From Candidatus Delongbacteria bacterium (lineage in GTDB: Bacteria; CAIWAD01), in NCBI GenBank assembly GCA_963663545.1, contig OY760505.1:2528001-2592000 (forward strand): a stretch of 64,000 nucleotides of DNA. Reading direction: 5' to 3'. Position 1 is the first letter of the stretch; every line of letters starts with the position of its first letter. The notes below the pieces were generated by a model that did not search any database, had not been told where the DNA came from, and was given only the letters and a program-made list of their open reading frames with translations. The position numbers were made by a program, and so were the translations under genes. Positions 31,571-41,384 of this stretch are shown here, piece by piece.

Positions 31571-31882
31571 ATGGGGGCAGCCGTCGCGCAACACATGCAG
31601 AGAGAAAATCCACAAGAAACAGAAACTTGGACCTGCACGGATGAATGCGTGAGCAGGCTGTTTCGTTTTCCTGATCGTTCCACGACGCTTTCCTTTGCCA
31701 GCCGCGTCGGCCACCTGATGCTTGAGCATTGCCTGCCCGAACTACGCATTGGCGAGTGCAGTTGCGAGGTCGTGTGGGCTCACCGCGATGGCAGCTGCCA
31801 GCACTGTGAGGACCATGTATGCTCGTCGCTGGTGCAGGATGTGTATCAGGAAATGTGCCAGCCCTCTGCGTTCGATGCCTAA
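31571..31882 (+). CDS. Hypothetical Cys-rich protein
   Basis: 103 aa ORF with GGAG RBS filling the gap between sod and ltaE; multiple Cys/His. Confidence 0.5.
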   Translation: MGAAVAQHMQRENPQETETWTCTDECVSRLFRFPDRSTTLSFASRVGHLMLEHCLPELRIGECSCEVVWAHRDGSCQHCEDHVCSSLVQDVYQEMCQPSAFDA

Positions 31883-31896
31883 GCACCGCGTGTGAT

Positions 31897-32925
31897 CTAA
31901 CTCAAATCGGCCTTTGTGATACGATCCAGCGCTTGCCGAGCTGCATCTTCCGGCAGATTCCTGTGTGATACAAAGCGAATTCCATCGAGTCCAAGTGCCA
32001 AAGCTCGTATACCCAATTGCTCGAGCAACCCGACGATGCGCTGGTTTTCGCTCTTTGCGAACCCTGCAAGTATCAGGATGTTTGTCTGTGGGCTCTTGAC
32101 CTCAATCGCCGCAGGAAGTATGTCGCGAAGACCTTTGCCAAGATCAGCTGTGATACGGTGATCCACGTGCAGCCGTGGGCGATTGTTGGCCAGGGCGTGC
32201 AAACCGGCAGCTGCTAAAACTCCCACCTGACGCATACCTCCACCCAACATTTTGCGCAAGCGACGAGCCTGTTTCATTGTGTCACGGTTTCCGGCCAGCA
32301 GACTTCCTGCCGGACAGCCCAGACCTTTGGAAAGACAAACCGAAACCGTGTCAGCCAGACTGCCCCAGGCCGATTCCGGCTGCCCCGTGGCTGCAGCAGC
32401 GTTCCACAAACGGGCGCCATCGAGGTGTAGTCGCAATCCATTTGTATCACAGAATGTCCGGATCTCACGCATTGTATCCAGCGGAAAGACGACGCCTCCG
32501 ATGAGGTTGGCTGTGTTTTCAACGACGACGAGGCGGGTGCGAGGGAAATGATCGTTTTCCGGGCGTAGCACAGATTGTATCTGCTCAGTCCGCAGTAGAC
32601 CGTCTGCGCAGTCCACTGTCGTCATGACGGCACCCAGCAAGGCACTTGCACCTCCCGCCTCGAAGGAGTTGGTGTGCGTACGACGTTCCAGAATGAGTTC
32701 ATCACCGCGTGCGCAGTGCAATCCACATGCGATCAGGTTTCCCATTGTGCCGGAGGGGACGAAGAGCGCATCTTCGTGGCCTAGTAGTTCAGCCGTCGCT
32801 TCTTCAAGCCTTCGCACTGTCGGGTCTTCATGAAAAACGTCATCGCCCACTTGCGCAGTGGCCATTGCGCTTCGCATGGCTTCGTCCGGTTGTGTCACAG
32901 TGTCGGAGCGAAAATCCAGAATCAT
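31897..32925 (-). CDS. ltaE: Low-specificity L-threonine aldolase
   Basis: DFRSDTVT, SGTMGN, HLDGARLWNA, CLSKGLG, GGGMRQ. Confidence 0.95.
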   Translation of the reverse strand: MILDFRSDTVTQPDEAMRSAMATAQVGDDVFHEDPTVRRLEEATAELLGHEDALFVPSGTMGNLIACGLHCARGDELILERRTHTNSFEAGGASALLGAVMTTVDCADGLLRTEQIQSVLRPENDHFPRTRLVVVENTANLIGGVVFPLDTMREIRTFCDTNGLRLHLDGARLWNAAAATGQPESAWGSLADTVSVCLSKGLGCPAGSLLAGNRDTMKQARRLRKMLGGGMRQVGVLAAAGLHALANNRPRLHVDHRITADLGKGLRDILPAAIEVKSPQTNILILAGFAKSENQRIVGLLEQLGIRALALGLDGIRFVSHRNLPEDAARQALDRITKADLS

Positions 32926-32938
32926 TGCGGCTCCTGAG

Positions 32939-33736
32939 CTATATCTGGCAATTTGGGCAATACACCGTGCTTCGCTGCTGCTGGACAATGCTTTGAAGTG
33001 TATCACCGCAGCGGGGGCATTGCTCGCCGGCACGGCCGTAAGCCTTGAGCAGCGGTCTGTAACTGCCCGTCAGTCCATGGGCGTCCTGGAAGTCCGAGAA
33101 CGTGGTTCCACAGTTGCGGATCGCCTCACGTAGAATACGGCGCAAGTGCTTGTACAGGGCTCCCGCTTCCGTTGCATCAAGGTCGCACGCAGGTCGTCGT
33201 GGATCAATGCCCGCGGCAAAAAGCACTTCGCTGGCGTAGATGTTACCAACTCCACAAATGGCGTCTTGACGCATCAACCAAATCTTGATCGGTGATTTGC
33301 TAGCCGCCAGCAGATTGCGTACGTCACGCAGGCGAAAAGCGGCGCTTGTAGGGTCTACTCCTGGAGCGGCAAATTCCTGTGGCGTGTAACACAATCGAAT
33401 TGTGCCGAAGCGTCTGGTGTCATCGAAGTGAAGGCACCCGCGATCCAGTAGAAATTGTGCTCTGGTGTGGTTACCTGCATTGCGGTGATCGATGTAATAC
33501 AGTAGTCTTCCTGTCATGCGCAGGTGAACGACCAACCAGAGTTGAATTGTATCACGAGTCAATGCCAGAACGATCTGCTTCCCTTCACGAAACACTTCCG
33601 TGATACGTGAGTTGCAAAGCTCCTCAGGAACCTCACCAAGTTTGGAGTCATGGTAGCGAGCATCATGTATCACACGATTCTGCAGCAACGGCTTTAGTTG
33701 GCGCGCGATCGTCTCGACTTCGGGAAGCTCAGGCAT
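32939..33736 (-). CDS. mutM: Formamidopyrimidine-DNA glycosylase
   Basis: MPELPEVE, HLRMTG, DTRRFG, GVGNIYASE, CPRC...CPNCQ. Confidence 0.97.
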   Translation of the reverse strand: MPELPEVETIARQLKPLLQNRVIHDARYHDSKLGEVPEELCNSRITEVFREGKQIVLALTRDTIQLWLVVHLRMTGRLLYYIDHRNAGNHTRAQFLLDRGCLHFDDTRRFGTIRLCYTPQEFAAPGVDPTSAAFRLRDVRNLLAASKSPIKIWLMRQDAICGVGNIYASEVLFAAGIDPRRPACDLDATEAGALYKHLRRILREAIRNCGTTFSDFQDAHGLTGSYRPLLKAYGRAGEQCPRCGDTLQSIVQQQRSTVYCPNCQI

Positions 33737-34205
33737 GGTTGCTCTTCAGTGCACGCAGTTTATCCAGTACCCGTTCAACGTGGCCTTTCACCTTGACATT
33801 GGTCCATCCGGCGCGTATCACACCCTTAGGGTCGATCAGGAAGGTCGATCGTATCACGCCTTCGTATTCGCGTCCCATGAACTTCTTCAGCCCCCATGCA
33901 TCGAAAGCCTTCAGTAATTCGTGGTCCGGGTCGCTTAGCAAGGTCAGGTTGAGTTCTTGCTTCGCAATGAAGCGCTGATGACTAGAGGCGCTATCGGGAC
34001 TGACACCGACAACCTGTGCCTCTAGTTTTTCGAATTTGTCGAGCATGCACGTGAAGTCTTTGGCTTCCAGCGTGCAGCCTGAAGTATTGTCCTTCGGGTA
34101 GAAATAGAGGACCAGCCAGCCGCCGAGGTAGTCCTTCTTAGCGCGCCAGTTTTCCTCCTGATCGCGCAGTCTGAAATCCGGTGCGTTTTGTCCAGGATCG
34201 GGCAT
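33729..34205 (-). CDS. bcp: Peroxiredoxin BCP/PrxQ
   Basis: LYFYPKDNTSGCTLEA, RSTFLID. Confidence 0.93.
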   Translation of the reverse strand: MPDPGQNAPDFRLRDQEENWRAKKDYLGGWLVLYFYPKDNTSGCTLEAKDFTCMLDKFEKLEAQVVGVSPDSASSHQRFIAKQELNLTLLSDPDHELLKAFDAWGLKKFMGREYEGVIRSTFLIDPKGVIRAGWTNVKVKGHVERVLDKLRALKSNHA

Positions 34206-34396
34206 GGTGTTTCTCCTTATGTTAGGTGAGCCAAATTATGATTGGCAAACATAGAAAACAAAGCACAGTCCTTTCTTTCTGATGATTTAGATCACCACGC
34301 CGCCGTGATGCTGCGCAGGTTTCCAATCTGCCGAAAATTGCACACTTGGTGCAGAGCAAGGAGTAGAGATGATGTGTATTTACAATATGATAGACT

Positions 34397-34412
34397 TGGC
34401 ACGCCTCTTGCG
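34397..34412 (+). promoter_or_regulatory. Sigma-54 promoter
   Basis: TGGCAC-GCCTC-TTGCG, near-perfect -24/-12 consensus 35 bp upstream of ATG 34447. Confidence 0.75.
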
Positions 34413-34446
34413 CTGTACGCAGGAGCAAGATCATTCGGGGGAAATC

Positions 34447-35508
34447 ATGAATCGCAAATTGGTAGGCGTGGCTCTGCTAGCCGCTGCCGCAGTCGTTTCA
34501 GTGCAGCCCGCGCGGGCTGATTTCGCAGTTCTCATTCAGCAATCACAACTTGGCCCTCACGCTTTTGTAGAGGACTGCAACGTCACGCTCGTCGACGCTG
34601 ACGATTTCGGTGCAGGCGGCCTTGGCCAAAGCTACGGTAGTTCAAGTGTAACCCAGCTGCCAAGCGGCGACTGGCTGTGTTCCTACGAGTTGGACGGCAA
34701 CATCTCTACGGAATATGGCTACATCACCGTAATCAATCCAACCATCAACTGCTTCATGCAGTATCCGGAAGCGTCTGAAGCTGGCAACCCGCTCGCACAG
34801 TACAATCTTGGCCCCGTACCGGCGCCCTATGTGCTTGATTTGAACGTGTTTGAGCCTTGCGATGACATTCCCGAGCATTATGGCTTTGACCTGACCATTC
34901 CGGCCTCTGCTTTGCCGACCAACAGTGTGCTGCAGTTTGTCAGCCTTTCGGGAGCGTCGGAGAATTACTGGCTGGATTTCGAATTGCAGGGGAATGCCTA
35001 TTACTGTAGTACCCGGTTTAGTTGTGATCCCGTTGAGGGCTGCGATGAAGTCCCCAATCCTTACGTGTTGTCGGTAACCGTAAGCTGCGGAGACAACTTC
35101 CTCGAGCCAGATGAATTGGGTATCAGCCTGAATTGGGATGGCTATGATGGCATCTACTACGTAGCCGACGTGAGCTATGATGTTGCTGAGCTCTTTGACG
35201 GTGTTGAGGGTTGCCCGGCTACTGCTGATGCCGATGAGCAGTACATGGCTTTTGAGCTTGGTCAGAACTGGCCCAACCCCTTTAATCCGGTGACCAGCAT
35301 CAGCTTCCAGCTTCCCGAGACTCAGCATGTGCGCCTTGGTGTGTACAATCTGTTCGGTGAGCGCGTGGCTTTGCTGGCTGACGGCCTGATGGAATCCGGT
35401 TCTCACCAGATCAGCTTTGATGGAAGCAACCTGGCCAGCGGTATCTACGTGTATGCACTGCAGGCTGGAAATCGCACCATTACCAAGAGGATGACGCTGA
35501 TCAAGTAG
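34447..35508 (+). CDS. Secreted protein of unknown function with C-terminal sorting domain
   Basis: Signal peptide ending PARA; acidic Cys-containing core; QNWPNPFNPVT...KRMTLIK. Confidence 0.85.
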   Translation: MNRKLVGVALLAAAAVVSVQPARADFAVLIQQSQLGPHAFVEDCNVTLVDADDFGAGGLGQSYGSSSVTQLPSGDWLCSYELDGNISTEYGYITVINPTINCFMQYPEASEAGNPLAQYNLGPVPAPYVLDLNVFEPCDDIPEHYGFDLTIPASALPTNSVLQFVSLSGASENYWLDFELQGNAYYCSTRFSCDPVEGCDEVPNPYVLSVTVSCGDNFLEPDELGISLNWDGYDGIYYVADVSYDVAELFDGVEGCPATADADEQYMAFELGQNWPNPFNPVTSISFQLPETQHVRLGVYNLFGERVALLADGLMESGSHQISFDGSNLASGIYVYALQAGNRTITKRMTLIK

Positions 35509-35532
35509 TCGTCTACTTCCTATGTGGAAAAC

Positions 35533-35561
35533 AAAGGCGGGGCTCTAAACCCCGCCTTTTT
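35533..35561. terminator. Bidirectional terminator
   Basis: AAAGGCGGGG-loop-CCCCGCCTTTTT. Confidence 0.8.
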
Positions 35562-35578
35562 GCTTTCGTGCTGGAAGC

Positions 35579-36088
35579 CTACTCGGCTGCCGCTGCTGGC
35601 GGGGCCATTCCGGCCAGCTCCTTGTCCACCCAGAAGACCCGGCCACTATCGCCGCCTACCATGCGGATTTTGTCCAGGATTCCCCTGAAAAGGGACTCTT
35701 CTTCAAGCTGCTCATTCACGAACCATTGAACGAAACTGAAGGTGGTGAAGTCCTTTTCCTGCATGGCTACATCCACAATCTGATGAATGCCTGCAGTGAC
35801 GCTGAGTTCGTGCTCCATCACTTGCTCAAACAGGGCAGCATAGGAGCCGTACTCGGCGGGTGCTACATCAACCGCTCCCAGGATTGCCTTGCCGCCAGCC
35901 TCGTTGACGTAGTGGAACAGCTTCAACATGTGCTGACGCTCTTCCTCGGCGTGTGCATACATGAAGGCTGCAGAACCAGCAAAACCAGCATTTTCCAGCC
36001 AGGAGGCCATCGCCAGATACAGATTGGAAGAATATCCTTCAGCCGTTATTTGACGGTTCAGCTCTGCTTCCACGCGCTTGTTCAGCAT
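35579..36088 (-). CDS. ftnA: Non-heme ferritin
   Basis: LNRQITAEGYSSNLYLAM, EERQH, QWFVNEQLEEE. Confidence 0.93.
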   Translation of the reverse strand: MLNKRVEAELNRQITAEGYSSNLYLAMASWLENAGFAGSAAFMYAHAEEERQHMLKLFHYVNEAGGKAILGAVDVAPAEYGSYAALFEQVMEHELSVTAGIHQIVDVAMQEKDFTTFSFVQWFVNEQLEEESLFRGILDKIRMVGGDSGRVFWVDKELAGMAPPAAAAE

Positions 36089-36219
36089 GCTTTCTCCTTT
36101 CTTTTGCATCTTGTGGGCCCAAGGTAACAAGAGCGAGCTCAATTGCCCGCTGGCCTATGCCGATTCATCAGGCGCAGCGTCGTATTGGAGCTGCACCGGG
36201 GTGTCACGTAGGAGGCGAA

Positions 36220-36618
36220 ATGCAGAATCAGCTATGCAAGGCCATTCTGGACCAAGTCAGTGTACCTGTATTCGCTGTCGATTTAAGCGGCAAGCTGCTA
36301 TATCTCAATCACTTGGCCGAGAGGTTGAGTGGCTGGGCACTCTGGGAAGCCGTGAATCAGGACTTGGCTGAGATGCTGCCCTTACGCTGCAGCGAGACCG
36401 GCGATCTGTCCCCCATTAATGATGCAATCATCTCGGGCATGGAAATGATCAATATTCCGGCGCTCTTGGAAACACGATACGGTCAGTGTGTGGATCTCGC
36501 CCTGGATGTTACGCCGCTTTGGGAGGGACAGCACCGCAGCGGAGTTGTCATGGTTGCCCATTGCGAGATTCCGGATGAGGCGCCTAGCTTCCGTACCCAG
36601 GGAGAGGACGATGACTAA
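36220..36618 (+). CDS. Stand-alone PAS domain protein
   Basis: PVFAVDLSGKLLYLNHLAERLSGW; GGAGG RBS. Confidence 0.8.
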   Translation: MQNQLCKAILDQVSVPVFAVDLSGKLLYLNHLAERLSGWALWEAVNQDLAEMLPLRCSETGDLSPINDAIISGMEMINIPALLETRYGQCVDLALDVTPLWEGQHRSGVVMVAHCEIPDEAPSFRTQGEDDD

Positions 36619-36886
36619 AGACTGGACCGTCGTCTTTCGTAGTTTGCGCCGTCCGCACGCGGAGTCAGGCCCGCTTCTACGAGTTGCACCCGTTGGTTTG
36701 GAAATCTCCGGTTTACCCCGCGACGAGGCCGGTCTGCATCGCGTTGTTGACAGCGACGATCTACCTTTGGCCGATCTGCAGGGTCCTGTCTGTAGCGGTC
36801 CTTCCTGCAAGCTGCGTGCAGGACAGCTGGAACACGAGGCCGTGTTGCGTAGTCTCGGTGCTGCCTACCGGATTTGGCACGAGTAG
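36611..36886 (+). CDS. Hypothetical protein
   Basis: ATG after GAGG overlapping the PAS gene stop. Confidence 0.5.
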   Translation: MTKDWTVVFRSLRRPHAESGPLLRVAPVGLEISGLPRDEAGLHRVVDSDDLPLADLQGPVCSGPSCKLRAGQLEHEAVLRSLGAAYRIWHE

Positions 36887-37036
36887 CCCTTCTCACCGCT
36901 TCATGCAATTCAGCAATCTCTTCCTGCGATGAAGCAGGTAGCGTGTGTATTAGTGCGTTCATCGTAAGGCATTGGACGAGTTTGATCCTGGACTTCGTGA
37001 GCACTATTTTGGCCTGTTACCCAATAAGGAGCGCGT

Positions 37037-37591
37037 GTGATCGAAGTCGAAGTCAGCAGTGTCAGTTTCAGCCCGACGCATGGAGGGTATGTTGTACTGT
37101 TGCACCACCGCGAAGCGGGGCGCTGGTTGCCGGTTTTTGTCGGCGCTGGCGAGGCGCAGGCCATCAGCCTGAACCTGCAGCAGTTGCGATATCCACGTCC
37201 GATGACCTGGGATCTTGTGACACGCATGGTTGACAAGCTGGGCGGCAGCATCCGCCGTGTTGCGATTACAGCGCTGCGCGAAGACACCTTCTACGCTGAG
37301 ATTGATCTGCAGCGTCCGGATGGAGAGATTCACACGCTGGACGCCAGGCCTTCCGATGCCATCGCATTGGCTTTGCGGCAGGGGCTACCCATCAAGATGA
37401 ATCCGATGATCATGGCTGCGGCCGGGCACGATGGTCCCCCGGAGTTGGTGGATGTGGACGAGCGCCTCGCCCGTTTGGAAGTGGAGCTGGAACGCGCAGT
37501 TGCGGTAGAAGATTTTGAAAAGGCTGCCAGGCTGCGCGATCAGATCAAGCAGCTGAAGGAACAGCAGAATCCCGGGGGAACTCATGACTGA
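37037..37591 (+). CDS. Bifunctional nuclease (DUF151) with C-terminal UVR domain
   Basis: LPVFVGAGEAQAI, PRPMTWDL, DARPSDAIALA, EDFEKAARLRDQI. Confidence 0.92.
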   Translation: MIEVEVSSVSFSPTHGGYVVLLHHREAGRWLPVFVGAGEAQAISLNLQQLRYPRPMTWDLVTRMVDKLGGSIRRVAITALREDTFYAEIDLQRPDGEIHTLDARPSDAIALALRQGLPIKMNPMIMAAAGHDGPPELVDVDERLARLEVELERAVAVEDFEKAARLRDQIKQLKEQQNPGGTHD

Positions 37592-38444
37592 TAATCGTAT
37601 TGACTTGCATCAGGCGCTTGTATCACAGCTTCCCCTGCCGGTCTTCTTCCATTCCGAGACAGAGTTTCGCACGCTTAATCCAGCAGCCGAGCGCTTTGCA
37701 ACAGCTTGCGAAGAAAACGGCGCTTCAGCCGTAGACTTTGTTTCCATGCACCGCGACAGCGTGTTTGAAGTGCGTGTTGAGACGGGACGCATTCTAGTCT
37801 TGGGTCTTGGATCACGCCTGTTGCGCCTTGCGGAGCAGCTGGCCGGCTATGGCCGGATGGCGGGAGGTATCACGCACAATCTCAATAATCCTCTGAACGC
37901 CATCAGCGGGTTGGTGCAACTGATGATGTTCCGCAACGAGCACAACACAGAACTGCAGAAGATCGACGACCAATCCGAAGTGCTCATTCAGCAGATTCGC
38001 TGCAATGCTGATCGGTACAGGCGTATCACGGAGCTGAGCAATTCCAATGAAATCGGCTGGCTGGAGCTGGTTCGCCAGGAAATCGATTTCTACAAGGCGC
38101 ATATGACTTTCAAGCATCACTGCACCTATGAGCTGAACATTCCCGATGATGCCTCCGTATCGCTGGATTATCTAGAGGCGACCTGGGTGTTCGACCGTTT
38201 GCTTGAGGCCTGCCTCGACCTGGTTGAGTCCGAAGGCAGCCACGAGATCTACATTGATCTATCTGACAACTGGCCGCGCGTCAGCATTCTTGATGCCATT
38301 CCCGAGCGGCTACCACACATACTTCCACAGTTGACCAGCGAGCAGTTGAGACTCTTCTGCGCGCAGCACGACGGTGAACCCGTCTGGTCACTGGATGGAC
38401 ACCGTTTCACCATCGGCATTCGTCGTAAGCGTAAGTCCGAGTAG
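37584..38444 (+). CDS. Histidine kinase-like protein with DHp domain and degenerate ATPase domain
   Basis: GITHNLNNPLNAI H-box; no recognisable N/G1/F/G2 boxes. Confidence 0.65.
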   Translation: MTDNRIDLHQALVSQLPLPVFFHSETEFRTLNPAAERFATACEENGASAVDFVSMHRDSVFEVRVETGRILVLGLGSRLLRLAEQLAGYGRMAGGITHNLNNPLNAISGLVQLMMFRNEHNTELQKIDDQSEVLIQQIRCNADRYRRITELSNSNEIGWLELVRQEIDFYKAHMTFKHHCTYELNIPDDASVSLDYLEATWVFDRLLEACLDLVESEGSHEIYIDLSDNWPRVSILDAIPERLPHILPQLTSEQLRLFCAQHDGEPVWSLDGHRFTIGIRRKRKSE

Positions 38445-38452
38445 GAGATCCC

Positions 38453-38755
38453 ATGGAGAAGAACGATCAACTTTTCGCCGTTCTGCTGGCTCAATTCGAG
38501 CAGGTTTGCATGATCGGGTTGGGCAAGCTGACTCGACCGGAAGGTGGCACGCAGGTAAATCTCGAAGAAGCCGCCTATGCCATTGACATGCTGGGCATGT
38601 TGAAGGAAAAAACCAAGGGGAATCTTCCTGCAGAGCTGAGCCACGCTCTGGATCACGCGCTGACGGATCTCCAATTGAACTTCGTTGAAGTTCGTCGCCA
38701 GCAGGAGTCAACCGGTGGTGATACAGCCAAATCGGATGGTGCAAAGGATGAGTAG
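38453..38755 (+). CDS. DUF1844 family protein
   Basis: MIGLGK...NLEEAAYAIDMLGMLKEKTKGNL...LQLNFV. Confidence 0.85.
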   Translation: MEKNDQLFAVLLAQFEQVCMIGLGKLTRPEGGTQVNLEEAAYAIDMLGMLKEKTKGNLPAELSHALDHALTDLQLNFVEVRRQQESTGGDTAKSDGAKDE

Positions 38756-40106
38756 ACTGATGATTTCCATCTCGGGTATCCGGGGTGTAGTTGGCGATGG
38801 CCTTGATCCAACGGTGATCACACGCTACGCCGCCGCGTTTGGCACGTACTGTGGCGGTGGACGGGTTGTTTTGGGGCGTGATACACGACCCACAGGTGAG
38901 ATGGTACGTCAGGCTGTGATTTCAGGGTTGGTGGCAACAGGATGCGAAGTCATCGATATCGGCATTGTGCCAACACCAACCGTTGCAATCATGGTGGAGG
39001 AATTGAAGGCGGCTGGCGGCATTTGTATTACAGCAAGCCACAATCCAAGCGAGTGGAATGCGCTGAAGTTCTTCCACAACGACGGGCTCTTTCTTGATCC
39101 GCAGCAAAGTGCGCAGCATTTGGCCATTGCGGAGAATGGAATCAAGTGGGCCAGCTGGGACAAGATGGGCAGCGTGAGTTGCAACGATACGGCGTGTGAT
39201 ACGCACGTGCGTCGCATTCTGGCCCTGGATCTGCTGGATCCCAGCGCACTTCGCAAACGCAACTTCCGCGTCGCCGTCGACTGTGTCAATGGCGCAGGCA
39301 GCAAGGTCCTTCCCTTCCTGCTGCAGGAGCTGGGGTGCGATGTCGTCAAGATCGGCTGTGATAGCAGTGGTCGCTTCTTCCGTGGCGCTGAGCCATCACC
39401 TGAGAACCTCGGGAAGCTGTGTGATACAGTTGCCGAGGGGCGCTTTGATTTTGGTATAGCGGTCGATCCCGACGTAGACCGGCTGGCGCTTGTGGATGGC
39501 AAGGGAGTTCCGCTGGGTGAAGAGCAAACCCTGGCACTTGTAGCACGCTTTGTGCTACGTCATCAGAAATCGCCAGTGGTGGCGAACGTGTCCAGCAGCC
39601 AGATCCTGGACGATGTGTGCCGTGAAGCGGGTGTCGACCTGTATCGCACTCGAGTTGGCGAGATCAATGTCTCTGTGAAGATGCGCGAGGTCGACGCTGC
39701 CATTGGTGGTGAAGGCAACGGCGGTGTGATCCTGCGGGACTTGCACCTGGGCCGTGATGCCTTGGTGGGCGTGGCGTTGATTCTGCAGTATCTGCTGGAA
39801 TCGGGCAATCGCCTGCGCGCCATGCGCGAAGAGTTGCCCACTTACAGTATGGTCAAGGACAAGGTGCTTCTGGGCGAGCTGGATCCCGGTGCTGCCCTCG
39901 AACGCATCGCGCAGGAACTTGGTGCACGCGGTCAAGTCGATCGGACCGATGGAATAAAAGTGATCTTCAGCGGTGAGACAGGGCCATCCTGGGTGCAGGC
40001 ACGTGCTTCCAACACTGAACCTATTCTGCGCATTTTTGCCGAAGCTGGCAGCGAAGAGCTCGCGCAGGAGCTTGTTCGTGAGACATCTGAGCTGCTGGGT
40101 ATCTGA
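38748..40106 (+). CDS. Alpha-D-phosphohexomutase family enzyme (GlmM/PMM-PGM-like)
   Basis: ISGIRG, TASHNP, DPDVDR, GGEGNGG, RASNTEPILR. Substrate uncertain. Confidence 0.9.
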   Translation: MSRLMISISGIRGVVGDGLDPTVITRYAAAFGTYCGGGRVVLGRDTRPTGEMVRQAVISGLVATGCEVIDIGIVPTPTVAIMVEELKAAGGICITASHNPSEWNALKFFHNDGLFLDPQQSAQHLAIAENGIKWASWDKMGSVSCNDTACDTHVRRILALDLLDPSALRKRNFRVAVDCVNGAGSKVLPFLLQELGCDVVKIGCDSSGRFFRGAEPSPENLGKLCDTVAEGRFDFGIAVDPDVDRLALVDGKGVPLGEEQTLALVARFVLRHQKSPVVANVSSSQILDDVCREAGVDLYRTRVGEINVSVKMREVDAAIGGEGNGGVILRDLHLGRDALVGVALILQYLLESGNRLRAMREELPTYSMVKDKVLLGELDPGAALERIAQELGARGQVDRTDGIKVIFSGETGPSWVQARASNTEPILRIFAEAGSEELAQELVRETSELLGI

Positions 40107-40393
40107 TGCAGATTGCGCGTGTTACAGGCGAAGTGGTTTCCACAGTTAAGCATGGCCGTTTCAAGGGGCACAAACTCCTGCTGGTATGCAATGTGGATTT
40201 GCATGACGCGCTACAAGGCGATGAGTATATCGCCCTGGACACCGTGGACGCTGGTATCGGCGACCAGGTGCTCATAAACAAAGAAGGTGGTTCGGCACGG
40301 CTGGCGCTGGCCGACAATGATATTCCCGTTCAAGCCCTGATTGTGGGCGTTGTGGACGGATTTCACATCAGTCATGGACAGGCAGAATCATGA
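40106..40393 (+). CDS. Bacterial microcompartment vertex (pentamer) protein, EutN/CcmL family
   Basis: [15 protein letters not shown]...[14 protein letters not shown]...GGSAR...IVGVVD. Confidence 0.93.
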   Translation: MQIARVTGEVVSTVKHGRFKGHKLLLVCNVDLHDALQGDEYIALDTVDAGIGDQVLINKEGGSARLALADNDIPVQALIVGVVDGFHISHGQAES

Positions 40394-41262
40394 GCAGCGA
40401 ACACCTCGTTGATCGTATTGTAAAGGAAATGCTGGGCGAGCAGGCCGGGCGTGCTGTGACACACACTGTCGCGGATCACATTCCCGTTGTTGATCCGCCA
40501 GCAATCAAGGCCGCCAGCTACAGCCCGGATCGGGTTTTGGCCTGCGGCGCCGACCGTGTGAGTTGCACCTTGGGTCTGATCGAGAGTGTGCGCGGCGAAG
40601 TAGGTCGCATGATCGATCATACGCTGCTCAAGCCAAATGCAACACGCTCCGAAGTCGAGAGGCTTTGTCGCGAGGCCCGAGAGTACAAGTTCGCCTCGGT
40701 CTGTGTCAACCCTTACCGTGTGTCACTGTGTCACAGTATGCTCGAGAGCAGCCAGGTAAAGGTCTGCACTGTCATTGGCTTTCCCCTTGGTGCCAACAGC
40801 ACGCGCATCAAAGTGGCCGAAACACGTCAGGCGGTACGCGACGGCGCAGGTGAAGTCGACATGGTGATCAACCTGGGCGCCGTCAAGGACGGTGACTGGC
40901 GTCTTGTCGAGCAGGATATTGCCGAAGTCGTGGAGGCTGCCGGACGCCGTGTGGTGACCAAGGTGATTCTGGAAACCTGCCTGCTAAGCGATGAGGAGAT
41001 TGTGCGCGCCTGTCTGTGTGCACAGCGTGCGCGCGCGAACTTTGTCAAGACATCAACCGGGTTCTCCACGGGAGGAGCAACCGCCGAGCACGTGCGCTTG
41101 ATGCGTCGCGTAGTGGGAGCCGGCATGGGCGTCAAAGCCTCCGGTGGTGTGCGAAGTTTTGGTGATGCCGTCGAGATGATCGAATCCGGCGCCAATCGCA
41201 TCGGCGCGAGCGCCAGTGTTGCCATTGTCGGTGGTTCGAGCCAAGCCGGTGACGGTTACTGA
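40390..41262 (+). CDS. deoC: Deoxyribose-phosphate aldolase with N-terminal extension
   Basis: [33 protein letters not shown]; about 70 aa extra N-terminus. Confidence 0.96.
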   Translation: MSSEHLVDRIVKEMLGEQAGRAVTHTVADHIPVVDPPAIKAASYSPDRVLACGADRVSCTLGLIESVRGEVGRMIDHTLLKPNATRSEVERLCREAREYKFASVCVNPYRVSLCHSMLESSQVKVCTVIGFPLGANSTRIKVAETRQAVRDGAGEVDMVINLGAVKDGDWRLVEQDIAEVVEAAGRRVVTKVILETCLLSDEEIVRACLCAQRARANFVKTSTGFSTGGATAEHVRLMRRVVGAGMGVKASGGVRSFGDAVEMIESGANRIGASASVAIVGGSSQAGDGY

Positions 41263-41384
41263 TTCCTGGAACCCGCTATTCCGTGAGTGTGATACACGGA
41301 CATCTTGCAAACAAGGCCGCGATTGCAGAAGGATACATTCCTGACGGGCGGCTATTTTCCGAAAACAAGACTGCCGGAGGCAGC

